Below, piece by piece: positions 1-12,691 of a DNA stretch of 64,000 bases. The notes under the pieces are model-generated. The model searched no databases. It saw only the letters and a list, made by a program, of their open reading frames with translations, and was not told the origin of the DNA. The stretch comes from Leucoraja erinacea. Its lineage: Eukaryota. Position 1 is the stretch's first letter, and each line of letters opens with the position of its first letter. The position numbers were made by a program, and so were the translations under genes. The stretch spans positions 12,028,001-12,092,000 of the forward strand of contig NC_073393.1 of assembly GCF_028641065.1 (NCBI RefSeq), in the 5' to 3' direction.

Positions 1-268
1 TATGGATGAAGTCCACTCTGTATTAATCCTTTGCTCACGCTTGAGGAGTCCCTGGTAACAACTTTCCTGTAGCAGATAGCAGGAAGGCACCATCTGTAAG
101 TTATGTAATTCAATTGCTTTCTTCCTCAAAGATGACCATAATTATAGTGTGGACCCCATCACATACTCTTTCTAGACTTTTGAATGTGAATTATAAAATG
201 CATCACAATTCACCATAGTTTATAGAACTATGATCCTGATTGACGTTTTTGCTCATTACTTAACTTAC

Positions 269-354
269 TGTAATGACGTTGTAAATGTAGCCATATTGAA
301 GGTTGGAATCCTCTCTATTAACTGCTGTTCAATGTACTTCTCTAATAAATTAAC
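269..354 (-). CDS. ARL2BP: ARL2BP coding exon 4 (86 nt; VNLLEKYIEQQLIERIPTFNMATFTTSLQ); gene continues beyond the window start
   Basis: Manual translation matches ARL2BP/BART (human ISLVEKYIEEQLLQRIPEFNMAAFTTTLQ, recalled). Acceptor tag at 355-357, donor gtaagt at 263-268, phase consistent. Confidence 0.95.
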
Positions 355-1101
355 CTAGGCAAAAAAAGTCAGCATTAATTACAGTTTACAGGAGTAAAAT
401 CTTGTAAATACCTTATGTTATGTGGGTGGAAAACGACAACATGCAAGTATTTTTTTTAAACTAACATGGCACAGCAGGTCCAGGCTCCACAACACAAAAT
501 AAAACTGAATAACATCCATATTGTTTTATTGTGACACCCTTGCAAATTAGAGTTTCACTGTACCTTAATTGGCACACGTGACAATTAAATACCCTTTGAA
601 CCCTTTGAAGTAATGAAATAAATCATTGATCAGCACTCGTCCACAAATCTGGAATAAGAAATATCTATTTTACCCTGAAAAATATTAAAAAGTGCATAAA
701 GGCAGCCCTAGATTATTGCTAACAGTTAGTTAGGCTTTGAAGCAATGTTTTTTTGTGGGACATATTTTATTCATATTTCATAGAATCAGATGTGCAACAC
801 AGACCAGGCTCTGTGACCCACCTTGTCCATGCAGAAACAGTGATGCCCATCTGCACTAATCCCATTTACCAGCAGCATTAGGCCAGCATTCCTCCACTCC
901 TTACCCATCCAAGTACCAAGTTTCAGTTTTAAACTGCCTGTTACCAACTCAGCTTCATTATAGTACTTATTTCATAACAATGTTTGATGGTCACTAGAAT
1001 GTTTCACAAAATTACACTTGTAACCTGTGTCAGCACAAAAATTTGTAAAACCTCTGCGGTGCTAAGGACACATACAAAGAAATAAAAAGTCAGTAACTCA
1101 C

Positions 1102-1208
1102 ATATTCTTGGAAAATTGAAGTGTAACTAAGTTTGTTTTCTTCAGTATTCTCAAACTCTAAGTAGTATTTGTCCATAAAATGCCGCTGTAGCATCTGAAA
1201 TTCTTCAT
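1102..1208 (-). CDS. ARL2BP: ARL2BP coding exon 3 (107 nt; DEEFQMLQRHFMDKYYLEFENTEENKLSYTSIFQEY)
   Basis: BART-domain motif FMDKYYLEFE.TEENKL.YT.IF.EY; cag acceptor, gtgagt donor. Confidence 0.96.
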
Positions 1209-2395
1209 CTGAGGGATGAAGATTAAGAAATTACAAATCACATCTTGCAGCATAGAACATTTGTCATTTATCAATTACATTGGGTAAAATGCACAGTCTT
1301 TACTTCAAAACCTTTTATGTCTTTGTTCACATTTAAAGGTAGTGGTGAATGAACAGCATCAGGAAACCAGTACATTTTCCATTTACTTGAAAATTCAAAA
1401 GATGCTAATTCTGTAAAAAGCATATTTGACAGGTAACTTAATAGGTCAGATTAACAATTAATGTGTACCATGCTGTTTGGATCGGGAGTGTTGAATACTA
1501 AATTCAACATCAAATTGAAAAACATGAATAGGCAGAGAGAAAATAAAATATGATAGGCAGAGAGAAAAATTAAAAAGTAAAAATAAATTCCATTTCACCA
1601 GAATATTTAAATGCAGCAGCCTTGCACCGTTCATTGATATTGAACAGCGAGTCTTTTAGCTATTGCACAGCTTTGGACAGCAAGTTTCTAACTCACAAAA
1701 TAACCAGAACATTTGCCTTCCAATTGCCAGTTTTTGTTATATTTATACCGGGAAGGCAGGTGTCCCTTCGAGGCCAGCATTTATTGTCCATTCCTACTAG
1801 TGCTTTAGTAAGTGATGACAGGGGTTAGCATCCGTCCAACTGTGAAAGATGATGGTAGGGCTTTGACGTTGTCCTGCTTGTAGAAAGGAAAGTTTCATCT
1901 GTGGTTGCATTTCCTGCTGTGACTGACTAGGCCTATCCTTGAGAGTAAGACCCTCTCAGGGCATCCAGTCTCCGACTGTAGTCTCTGTACATTAGATTCA
2001 CAATTGTCCTTTAGTAGGTGATGACAAATACCGTAAATCACGTCCATAGTCATAGTGGTGCAAGATAGAAAATTTGAGAAATTTGACCCTGTGAAGATGA
2101 AAGGAAGCAATATAATTGTTACTTAGGTTGATGTGCCACTTGAAGAGGGCTTTGCGGATTTAGGAGATGCTGCAGTGTACATGTAGATAGTACATAATGC
2201 ATTATGTTGATGCTCTTGTGAAGGACGCAGTAAATGCTGAAGGTGGTGGACGGGTGTAATCATTTGTGGTAAATAAAAATGACATGGCCAAAATGACACG
2301 ACACCAAGACTACAATAAAACAGATTATTCCAAATGCTCAGAGTGACATAAAACTTCATAGTAATTTAGAGTAAATAGATGTGAAAATGTTGGTA

Positions 2396-3628
2396 CAGGT
2401 GCACAACCTTTTATCCGGTGTTCCAGAAACCGAAAAGCTCCGAAAACTGGCCATTTTTTCCAGATGTCGTCTGCGCACCAAAGCTCGCGTTTGGCGCCAA
2501 ACTTGACCCAAAACGACCCACGGTCAACCCAGGTCTGTACTACTGTAGCGGCTGCCTCCTCCCTGGAGACCGGGAGACGCTTAAACATCTGTAAATCATT
2601 GCTTAAATGTTAGTCAGTTAGTTTGGAGGGCTTTTATGTGAAGGGGGGTGAAGGGGTAAACTTTAATTCTTAGTCCCCTACCTGGTCGGAGAGGCGGGGA
2701 GCGGTCAATGCCTTACCGGGTCGCCGTGCAGTAAGCTCCGCAGCGCTGTGGCCGGTGGGGCCGCGGGCGGCGCCGGTTGTAGCTCCGACCCCGGCAACTC
2801 TACCCCTGGCTGCGAGGCGCTCCAAATCCAGCGCGGCCCGCGGCCGGACGCCCCAGCTCCGCGAATGTCGGGAGTCGGCGGCGTCGCAGCGCTGGGATAC
2901 CAGCGGGGTGCGGGCAATGCCTTACCGGGTCGCCGTGCGGCAAGCTCCGGAGCGCTGTGGCCGCCGACACACAACATCGTGGAGCGTCGCTGGATTTGGA
3001 GCCGCGCAGCCAGGGGTAGAGTTGCCGGGGTCGGAGCTCCAACCGGCGCCGCCCGCGGCCGGACGGAGCCCCCAGCTCCGCGGCTCCAAATCCAGCGACG
3101 CTCCGCGAATGTTGGAAGAAGGCGGCCACAGCGCTCCGGAGCTTGCCGCACGGCGACCCGGTAAGGCATTGCTCGCTCCCCGCTGGTATCCCAGCGCTGC
3201 GATGCCGCCGACTCCCGACATTCCCGGAGCTGGGACGTCCGGCCGCGGGCCGCGCTGGATTTGGAGCGCCTCGCAGCCAGGGATAGAGTTGCCGGGGTCG
3301 GAGCTACAACCGGCGCCGCCCGCGGCCGGACGGAGCCCCCAGCTCCGCGAGGTTGGGAGTCGCCGACCAGGTAGGGGACTAAGAATTAAAGTTTCTCCCT
3401 TCACCCCTACACCACCACCACCACATAAAATCCCTCCAAACTAACTGACTAACATTTATGCAATGATTCTTCCGGTCTCCGGGGAGGAGGCAGCTGCTCC
3501 AGACTTTTCAAGCCGCCCGCGCTACCTACCTAATCTACGCTAAAAATCTTCCATTCTGAAATCCGAAAATGTCCGAAATCCGACAAGTGTCTGGTCCCAA
3601 GGCTTTCGGATAAAAGGTTGTGCACCTG
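2396..3628. mobile_element. Non-autonomous Tc1/mariner (pogo/Tigger-like) MITE with GC-rich fold-back interior
   Basis: Perfect 22-bp TIR CAGGTGCACAACCTTTTATCCG at 2396-2417 and 3607-3628, flanked by TA on both sides. Subterminal TCCGAAA repeats resemble Tigger4/MER46. No transposase ORF. Confidence 0.9.
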
Positions 3629-3702
3629 TATCTTCAAACCAAAGTTTAGAAAGAGGGATTTAGATGGTTTAAACTTACTCCTATAATATTGTCTCCTCTT
3701 AC

Positions 3703-3764
3703 CCATAATAATATCTTCTATGTGCCCAATGACTGTATCAAACTCAGCATCAACATCAGATGAA
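3703..3764 (-). CDS. ARL2BP: ARL2BP coding exon 2 (62 nt; SSDVDAEFDTVIGHIEDIIM)
   Basis: Matches SS.SDAEFD.V.G..EDIIM of ARL2BP; ttttccag acceptor, gtaag donor. Confidence 0.96.
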
Positions 3765-4841
3765 CTGGAAAAGAGATTACAATGAGCTGAATAGTAATTC
3801 ACACATACTTATACAATACTGCAGTTTCTTAGAATATATATATCCAATTGTCAGAAATAGGGAGGGAATTAATCATCTTTGTGTTAATTGGTAATGCACC
3901 TTCTCTGGCCCAGGCAAGCTGCAACTGTTAACGGAGGATATTTCTGTGGTGTTCTCTGAAATCCTTAAACTCCTGGCTGTTTGAAACATACAACCCCTGA
4001 GTGGCTTGAAGTCGTCTGAACAAATTGAACATGTTTCATTTTATTCATCCTGTTTTTGAAATTAACAGACTGAAACTTGTCATTTTCTGGACCTACAAAA
4101 CATTCTTGCTTAGAAGAGAGGTGCAATAGGATAATTATTACGTTTTGGAACTTCCACTTCAGAAAACCAAGTTCTGTTGGCATCTTCTTACAACTCCCCT
4201 TGAACTATTTCTATATCCAGATCCTTTCCGAAAACTCTCTTGGTCTGTCTATTACATTGAAACTTCACCCAATACAATCAAATTCTGTTACTTCCTTCTC
4301 AGTGCTCCCAAACACCAACACTATCCCTTTCCCAGTGTTCTTGCAAAACCCCCTTCATGTTCTCCTCGACCTTTGCATTCCTGAATACTTCCACATCAAA
4401 TGAACCATGTACCCACATTTTAGGATAACCTCCTAAATTTTGCTATATGAATTTCCTGAATTAAAAAAAACAAATAATGCACAGTTATTGTTTTGCATTT
4501 ATACTGAATCTTAAAAATGGACATAGGATAAAATCAATGCCTAATAACTGGTAGTAATTTCATGTAAAAATTTTATGATTGCAAAGGATAAGAGCGTTAA
4601 CAATAAAGCACAATTTGACATACACTCAATGCAAATCATATAATCATACAGGAGACCTTATTCTATCTTCTTGAAAAAGCCATACAGACACTCCCCGTTT
4701 CATGCTCTCTTCCTTGGTCCTGTAAATCCTTTTTGAAATGTATTAATATTTACTTTCAACAACACCAGTTATTCTCAACTTTCCCAGTTAACTGAAATCC
4801 CCACATCCATAACAATAACTGTGAACATCCTTTTTACACCA

Positions 4842-5608
4842 TATTATCTGAATGGTGGCCGATTAGGAAAAGGGGAGATGCAACGAGACCTGGGTGTCAT
4901 GGTACACCGGTCATTGAAATTAGGCATGCAGGTGCAGCAAGCAGTGAAGAAAGCAAATGGTATGTTATCATTCATAGCAAAAGGATTTGAGTATAGGAGC
5001 AGGGAGGTTCTACTGCAGTTGTACAGGGTCTTGGTGAGACCACACCTGGAGTATTGCGTACAGTTTTGGTCTCCTAATCTGAGGAAAAACATTCTTGCCA
5101 TAGAGGGAGTACAGAGAAGGTTCACCAGACTGATTCCTGGGATGTCAGGACTTTCATATGAAGAAAGACTGGATAGACTCGGCTTGTACTCGCTAGAATT
5201 TAGAAGATTGAGGGGGGATCTTATAGAAACTTACACAATTCTTAAGGGGTTGGACAGGCTAGATGCAGGAAGATTGTTCCCGATGTTGGGGAATTCCAGA
5301 ACAAGGGGTCACAGTTTAAGAATAAGGGGGAAATCTTTTTGGACCGAGATGAGAAAAACATTTTTCACACAGAGTGGTGAATCTCTGGAATTCTCTGCCA
5401 CAGAATGTAGTTGAGGCCAGTTTATTGGCTATATTTAAGAGGGAGTTAGATGTGGCCCTTGTGGCTAAAGGGATCAGGGGGTATGGAGAGAAGGCAGGTA
5501 TAGGATACTGAGTTGGATGATCAGCCATGATCATATTGAATGGCGGTGCAGGCTCGAAGGGCTGAATGGCCTACACCTGCACCTATTTTCCACGTTTCTA
5601 TGTTTCTA
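4842..5608 (+). mobile_element. CR1-clade LINE, 5'-truncated 3' end (ORF2 C-terminus + tail)
   Basis: ORF 4821-5414 has CR1 motifs ([37 protein letters not shown]); ends in TTTCTATG-type repeats. Confidence 0.92.
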
Positions 5609-6089
5609 AAGACCAGGCCACATTTCCTAAAAGGTGATGCCCAAAAATGGACACAATACTCCAGATGGATTCAGGAAAGAAATTCAACTTCCATGCCTTT
5701 GCAGCCTATTCCACTATTTGAAAAAGGAAGCATCATGTCTGTATTTATAATGCTTTTAACTTGTCGTACCACCTTCATAGACTTGTGTAGATACCTGTTC
5801 CTGCCAGCCAGCATCTTTGTATCTGAATTATCTTCAAAATTATCTTCAGAACAGTGTAAAGAACATCTAATTTGGCCCTTGTGGCTAAGGGGATCAGGAG
5901 GTATGGAGAGAAGGCAGGTACTCATGATCATATTGAATGGCGGTGCAGGCTCGAAGGGCCGAATGGCCTACTCCTGCACCTAATTTCTATGTTAATAGCC
6001 ATTCTTGACCACTGTTATGTAAAAAATATTTTAAATATTTTGAATCTAGGACTCATAGTTTGTCCAGTGATTGACAGAATCTTACTTAC

Positions 6090-6127
6090 ATAGATGTGGC
6101 AAGATTTTCGACTTCTGAATCTTCCAT
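6090..6127 (-). CDS. ARL2BP: ARL2BP coding exon 1 (38 coding nt; MEDSEVENLATS); the whole exon is 6090-6159 including 5'UTR
   Basis: ATG 6127-6125 in strong context (GAAATGG), gtaagt donor, phase 2 matches the next exon, acceptor ttcctatag at 6160. Acidic N-terminus like human MDALEGESFALS. Confidence 0.85.
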
Positions 6128-6779
6128 TTCTACAACTCGATCTCCAGTACCAAAATGAACTATAGGAACAAAAGAATCGTCAGGCTGCCACCCTCTCATT
6201 TCTTGCACATTTACAGGTGAACAAAAGACCCTGATGGTGCAAGGTCAGAAAAAATTATATCCATCTGCTGGGACTTGCAAACGTCACTATAGCCACAATA
6301 GCAGATTAGATGGGAATTAACAGCAGGTAATCTGTTTAAATGCTGCAAAACGCCAATCATCAGCATTCCAAATAGAAACACAAACTATCCAGACCATTAA
6401 ACCAAGCAGATAATGTACATATACATTTATCTGTTAATATAATTATATTTACTAATATAATTGTTTTAACAGAAAGCACATTAAAGAAACATGGGGCAGC
6501 AGCACATGTTTCATTAGCGGTCAAAATTTATATTTGGCTGAAATTAGTTCCTAGTTTCAGTATTTCACTGTTTCAATGGTTATTTGAGTTAGTATGCACA
6601 ACAGAAAGAATAAGAAATCTCAACAGCTTCTGGTAAAAAAATGTTAATTGAATTTGAACCAGCCATTTTTCTTGTCTTGATTTGGGCTAGTGCAATATTT
6701 TTTACAATACATTACACCTTACTCAGAAATGTATTTAGTTCAATTGCAACATCTTAATTGTTTCCATATACTCACGACA

Positions 6780-7545
6780 GTGTGGCCAACTTTGGATCAA
6801 ACTCCATCCACAAGTTTGCAGATGACACAATGCTGGATTACGAACAATGACAAAACTGAGTACAGGATGGAGATAGAAAACATGGTGTCAGGACAACAAT
6901 CACTCCCTCGATGGCAGCAAGATGAAGGAATTAATTATCGACTTTAGGAAATGTGGCGGAGTACATGCTCCAATCAGCATAGGTACAGAAGTGGAAATGG
7001 TTGAGAGCTTCGTTGTTTGGTACAAATATTACCAATGATCTATCGTGGATCAGATGTTTCCAAAGACAATAGACAATAGACAGTAGGTGCAGGTGTAGGC
7101 CATTCGGCCCTTCCAGCCAGCACCACCATTCACTGTGATCATGGCTGATCACCCACAATCAGTACCCCGTTCCTGCCTTCTCCACATATCCCCTATCTTG
7201 TAAAATGACTTTTACAAACTTCTACAGATGCACCATAGAAAGCACACTGTAAAGTTACATTAGAGCTTGGTTTAGCACAGTTCTGCTCAAAACCCAAAGA
7301 AATTGCAGTCATGAATGTAAGCCAGTCCATCACACAGACCTGACTCCCCACCATTTACTCCTTCTACACTTCACGCTGCATCAAGAAAACAGCCAATAAT
7401 TTCCCATCCTGGTTATCCCTTCTGCTCTCCACTCCTGTCATGTAGAAAATACAGGCGCTTGAAAGCGAGCAACACCAGCCTTGGGAACAGCTTCTTCCCC
7501 TTAGTTATGATGTCTCTGAACAGTTCATCCATGAGCATGGGTACA
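6780..7545 (+). mobile_element. Degraded Rex1/Babar LINE RT fragment, interrupted by a CR1 tail (~7063-7195, minus)
   Basis: Remnant KFADDT, FYRCTIES and NSFFP motifs homologous to the intact copy at 60.8-62.2 kb. Confidence 0.7.
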
Positions 7546-8349
7546 GTCCAATTCTCTTCTATCATTTTGCAGACATTCGAAGTGTTGGACGTGTTGATGG
7601 CAGACATTCAAAGTGTTGGAGTAACATAACGAGTCAGGTAGCATTTCTGCAGAACACATTTCGGGTCACGATCCTTCTGCAGACTGATTGTAGTAAGGGG
7701 AAGAAAACTGCAATGGTATTCTTGGCTGTCGCATCAACGTGGTTGATCCACGACAGATCGTTGGTAATATTAATGCCAGGGAACCTGAAGCTCTCAGCCA
7801 TTTCCACTTTGGCACCATTGATGCTGGCTCGGGCATGCTTCCTGAAGTCGAAAACTAGCTCCTGCGTCTTGGTGACATTGAGGGAGAAGTTGCTGTCCTA
7901 GCACTATGTTATTAAGTTCTTTATCCCCCTTCCTGTACTTCAACTTCTCTCCTTATCTCACGGCCTTGTGTCTCCTTTTCATCTCTGCCCTTTTGTGCAC
8001 ACCTCTGACCTGTATCTTCCTATCACTTGCCTGGCTTTGTCCCACCCCCATCTCTTCCAGTCTTATCTCCCCCGACTACTACAATATCACAAGATATTGT
8101 CCCTACCCGAACCGTCGCCTATCCATATCCTCCAGAGATACTGCCTGACCCGCTGAGTAACACAACACTCAATGTACAGACTAATGGAGCAGAGCTAACG
8201 CATTACACCCGCTGCATGGAGCAAGAATCATATATTTAAACCAGAAAGACCCACTGCATAGAACGTGACTGGCCTGGGCTTTTTCCGACAGGTTGTCCGC
8301 TATCGTTCGCCATTCAACCAGCACCTTCAGTGAACACAAGGTCAATATT

Positions 8350-8550
8350 GTGCAGGAAGGAACTGCTTGTGTATGAGCCGCTTTACACCGAAGACAGAGA
8401 CAAAATGCTGGAGTAACTCAGTGGGTCAAACAACATCTCTGGAGAAGTCTGAAGACAATTCTTGACCATGTTCCTTTTCTCCAGAAGAGATGCTGCTGCC
8501 TGTCCCAACTGAGCGACTCCAGCATTTTATGTGCCTGTTTTTATATTTAG
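8350..8550. repeat. Inverted pair of Penelope-derived terminal segments
   Basis: CAAAATGCTGGAGTAACTCAG...CATCTCTGGAGAA followed by the reverse-complement-like TTCTCCAGA..GATGCTG...CTCCAGCATTTT. Confidence 0.7.
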
Positions 8551-8559
8551 TGCAAATCA

Positions 8560-8990
8560 AAACGGAAGCAGTGGCTGGGATGTTCACGGAGGTGCTGGTG
8601 GAAAAGGGCAGCCGACATTTCCCGGGATGTGAGGATCCGGGGCGTTCGCTCCCACCTGGCGACATCCACGCCATTGTTGAGGGGATCCTCTCCACAGCAA
8701 CGGAACTGACAGGTACCGTCCCACCCGGGTACCGTCCCCCACTGCAACCGCGGTCCCCACCCGGGCACTTCCCCACAGCCACAGCAGCCGCGCCGCCGGG
8801 TTCCGGGCTCTGACCCTAGTGCGCGATGAAGGGCGGCAGCAGACGGTAGATCGGCCACTGACTACCAGGGTCGAGAGCGATCGGCTCCTTCTCCGGCCCT
8901 GGAGATATTTACCCGGAGCCCGGCTTCACCCAGCATCGCCCGGACTCTGGCACCAAGGACCGGTGTAAAAATAAGGAAGAGACGGGGAGT
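8560..8990 (-). promoter_or_regulatory. ARL2BP: ARL2BP CpG-island promoter with putative non-coding first exon (donor gtaaat at 8907-8912)
   Basis: CpG-rich non-repeat segment 2.4-2.8 kb upstream of the exon 6090-6159 acceptor, with a plausible CGG|gtaaat donor. The TSS cannot be determined from sequence. Confidence 0.65.
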
Positions 8991-9396
8991 TAAGAGGGTA
9001 GAATTAGCAGATGGGGAAGGAGGAGAGGAGAACGAGAGAGGAGGGAAATGGGAGCAGGGGGATAAGAATGAGAAGAGGAGAATTGGGGGGGGTGGGGAGA
9101 GATGAATGAAGAAGGGGATAAGGAATGAGGGGGTGAGGGAATGGGGAGGAACAGAGTATTGGGAAGGGAGGAGTGGGGATGGCTAAGGAGGAGAAAGGGC
9201 AAGGAGAATGGGAAGAGTATGGGGATGAAGAAAGAGTAAGTGAGGAGGATGTGGGGAAGGAGGAATGAAGGGTTGAGGAAATACAGGGTGAGGAAGAGAA
9301 TGTAAGGAGGGGAGGAAGGGAAATTGGAATGGGGATGATTGGATGGCTAGGATAGAGAGGATGTAGAGAGAAGAGGTGGGAAGAGGCACGAGGACT

Positions 9397-9434
<38 letters not shown>

Positions 9435-9580
9435 GTGGCAAGTGGAGGTAGGATGTGGAGAGTGGGGACAAAGTTGGGGAAGAGGGCCAAGAGATGGTGA
9501 GGGTTAGTACAAGAGAGGAATAGATGAAGGTCAGGGAGGATTGTTGAGGGGAGGTGGATAAGTGAAGTAGAGGTGTGGGT
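8990..9580. repeat. Polypurine (GA-rich) low-complexity tract with a long G homopolymer (~9397-9433)
   Basis: Directly visible strand-asymmetric G/A composition. Confidence 0.9.
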
Positions 9581-10789
9581 TATTTTAGATAGTAACCTCT
9601 AGTTTGCTCTGGAACTGTGGGCTGGTGTAGCATGTAATATTGACACATCCAACAGCCCTTCACTCGATCTTCAATATCCTGCTCAATCATAGGACAGGGC
9701 ACACAGCCTCCGACCTCCGAATGATTCTCATAGATATCTTCAGTCAATGAAAAATCAAAATAGAAACATAGAAAATAGGTGCAGGGGTAGGCCATTCAAC
9801 ACCACCATTCAATATGATCACGGCCGATCATCCAAAATCAGCACCCCCATTCCTGCATTCTCTCCATATCCCTCGATTCATTTGGCTTTAAGAGCCATAT
9901 CTAACTCTCTTGAATACATCAAGAGAGAAATAAAAACAAGATGTTATAGGTAGCAAAATAAATAGCTTTGTGGATCAGAACAAAAAAGAGAAAAAAAAGC
10001 TGCTGTAGGAACTCAGTGGATTAGGTGAGATTTGTTTGGAGGGGAAGAGAAAATAAATGAACCAATGCATTTCAGGTTGGGATCCTTCAAGACTTTGTGA
10101 TTTGTGTACAAGTAAACAAGAACCCTATGAACATCAACACTACCCAATCTTTCACCACTTTTGTATTATTAGCTCTAAAGTGGATAAACACCCATTTTCT
10201 ACATTCCATTTGCCAGACAAGTAATTTCCCCTGACATTATGATCCATTTAATACAGCTGAGCATTATATTATGTTCTAATTATGGATATGGGGAGAAGGC
10301 AGGAACAGGCTACTGATTGGGAATGATCAGCCATGATCATAGTGAATGGTGGTGCTGGATTGAAGTGCCGAATGGCCTACTCCTCCTCCAATAAAGAGGA
10401 CAAAGTTTCAGAATTCTGCAGTAAATCATTGATAAGTGTCCAAGTAGAATTGGAATTGCTTTTTTTTGTATGAGCAGCAGAAGACAATTCAGGCATTCAA
10501 TCTGCTGAGTCAACAAAAATGTTGGAATTGATAAATGACTGCATTTTAAACAATTATGTAAGGTTATTCAATACTGTGAATACCAATTTCAGGTTACTCA
10601 ATTGTATACTTTATATGCAAAGCATGAAAAAGTATACATAAAATTGATGGTTGTAAATGGAAGGTAAATTGGGCATATGAGCACATTTGTCAGAATTTAA
10701 ATACATATATAGCTTGTGCAAGTGTCCAAAACATTAATCTACAGTTTACTTAGTGCCAATAAACACATAAAGTCTTTAAATATTCAAAT

Positions 10790-12200
10790 TTTATTATGCA
10801 AATAATTCTGAAACACCAATTGTTCTGGTGTTTGATACTGGGCAAAGAATACCATTTTTATTTTGTGTGTTTTTGTACAGCAGTAAATAGGAATGTAGTG
10901 AGATTTTCCACAGTACTTTTAATGCAGTACAGTATGATCAGGTCACCATTTAAAACATGACCGACCAAATCATTTCAAAGTAGCATTGGTGCCGTTTTCA
11001 AGCCCATTAATTCAACAATTACTTCCAAACTGCTTCATATAAACTTTGTAGCACATGTTGATTTATCCAGTTGTGAGAATCCTTTCAACTACACCAAATT
11101 CAAAATACCAAAGTTTCATAATTAAGTCATCAGCACGTGCATTTCTGGTCCGATACAAAATTAGGAGGAGAAGGCGGAAATCTATTGCATTACAAAATGT
11201 GGTTAATGCAATCATTAAGGACAAAGGTGGATGACAACATCTTGGATCTGTAAAACATGTACTGTATTAAATAAATAATTTATAATCTTGCTATCCACGA
11301 GGCTTGGTTTTTGTGGATGGATTACAAATGCGTTCAAAACAAAATTTGTGAAATATGTTAATTACTAAAGATGTTTTGTTTAAAAAAAAATGTTCTTTGG
11401 AATCATCGTATCGCAGATTCTACCAACTAATTTGGCAAATCAGAGTTGAGTTCAGTTTCCTCTGTATTATTTATCCAGCGAATGTTGATATTGTTACTCT
11501 TGTCATGCCTGGGCCCTCATGAAACACTGCCTACAAAAGTAAACATTTCTGCATACAGGTAATAGTGTAAAGATGAAAATTCCATTATTCAAACATTGTT
11601 GCATATATCCTTCGGAATCTTCCGTAGCCCGAGAGCTACAGATGCTGAATAAAAATACAGCGTAGAAAGCATTATCGTCTTGCAGCCAGAAGGGGGGAAA
11701 AAAACAACAAATAAACCTCTTAATTCTTGAAACAAGCTGGAACTTGCATCTTGAAAATCAATTTTGTTTTGGACTTATGAAGATGAGGGATGTTCATTGC
11801 TGATGTCCATGTCAAGCATTCAGGCAAGATATGTTAAAAACAGTATAAATTTCTCTACACTGATCCAACAATGTCCCTCTTCCTTAACAAATGTACTTCA
11901 TCCCAACTTCATAGTAACACGCTACTGTTGTCGTATACCATTTCATCATTTCCCTCATTGGCCAACCTGGGTCACCAATGCAGTGCTATAATTCAGCCAC
12001 GTAGGTGCAATATATTCATGCACATAATCAACCTTGTTGAAGTTGTTCCACTGAAGTTGTGCCAAGTTAGGCTCCTTCAACTAATACGATCATCCACACC
12101 CATTGCATTTTGTAAGGTTCATGTCCCAGCTCGATAGCACGTGGTATTAATGATGATGGTAATGATGATGGTGATCAGAACAATTCTGAAAGTGAAAAAT
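10790..12200 (-). other. RSPRY1: RSPRY1 3'UTR (approximate), candidate AATAAA signals at 10790-10795 and 10857-10862
   Basis: Repeat-free AT-rich sequence after the stop codon. tttatt on + equals AATAAA on -. The 3' end is uncertain. Confidence 0.5.
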
Positions 12201-12317
<117 letters not shown>

Positions 12318-12691
12318 TTAAAAGTTTTTTAAATATCCAGCTGACTATTGTACAACCACACAATTAATCCAGTGTACATATTTTGGGTATTTGCACGACC
12401 CATCTCCCCATTTTACGTTTTAATTATTTCTCTGCAGTTTCATCAGAAGAAACCAAGGAATACATCTATGTGAATTTAGAGGCTTCCTTAGACTCAGAGT
12501 TTGACAGCTTTACAATCATCAAATCATGCTAATGATAAAAGGTCACATTAGACTAAATATTGTACAACTCCTACTGGTCAATGAAGCACATGATAATATT
12601 TGGTAATAATCATTGATAATATTTGGGAGAGATTGATAGATTCTTGGATATAATTATTTAGGGAAATTATTAATTTTGATAGATGATACTG

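Noticed and set aside
2705-3444. Five overlapping Arg/Pro/Ala-rich ORFs up to 229 aa
   Set aside because: By-product of the GC-rich palindromic MITE interior, which has few stop codons; no domain motifs.
4686-4719. Possible extra 34-nt ARL2BP exon (ttacag...gtatgg)
   Set aside because: Poor polypyrimidine tract, and it would frameshift a CDS that already joins correctly.
8990-9471. Pro/Ser-rich ORFs on the minus strand
   Set aside because: Translation of a polypyrimidine low-complexity tract.
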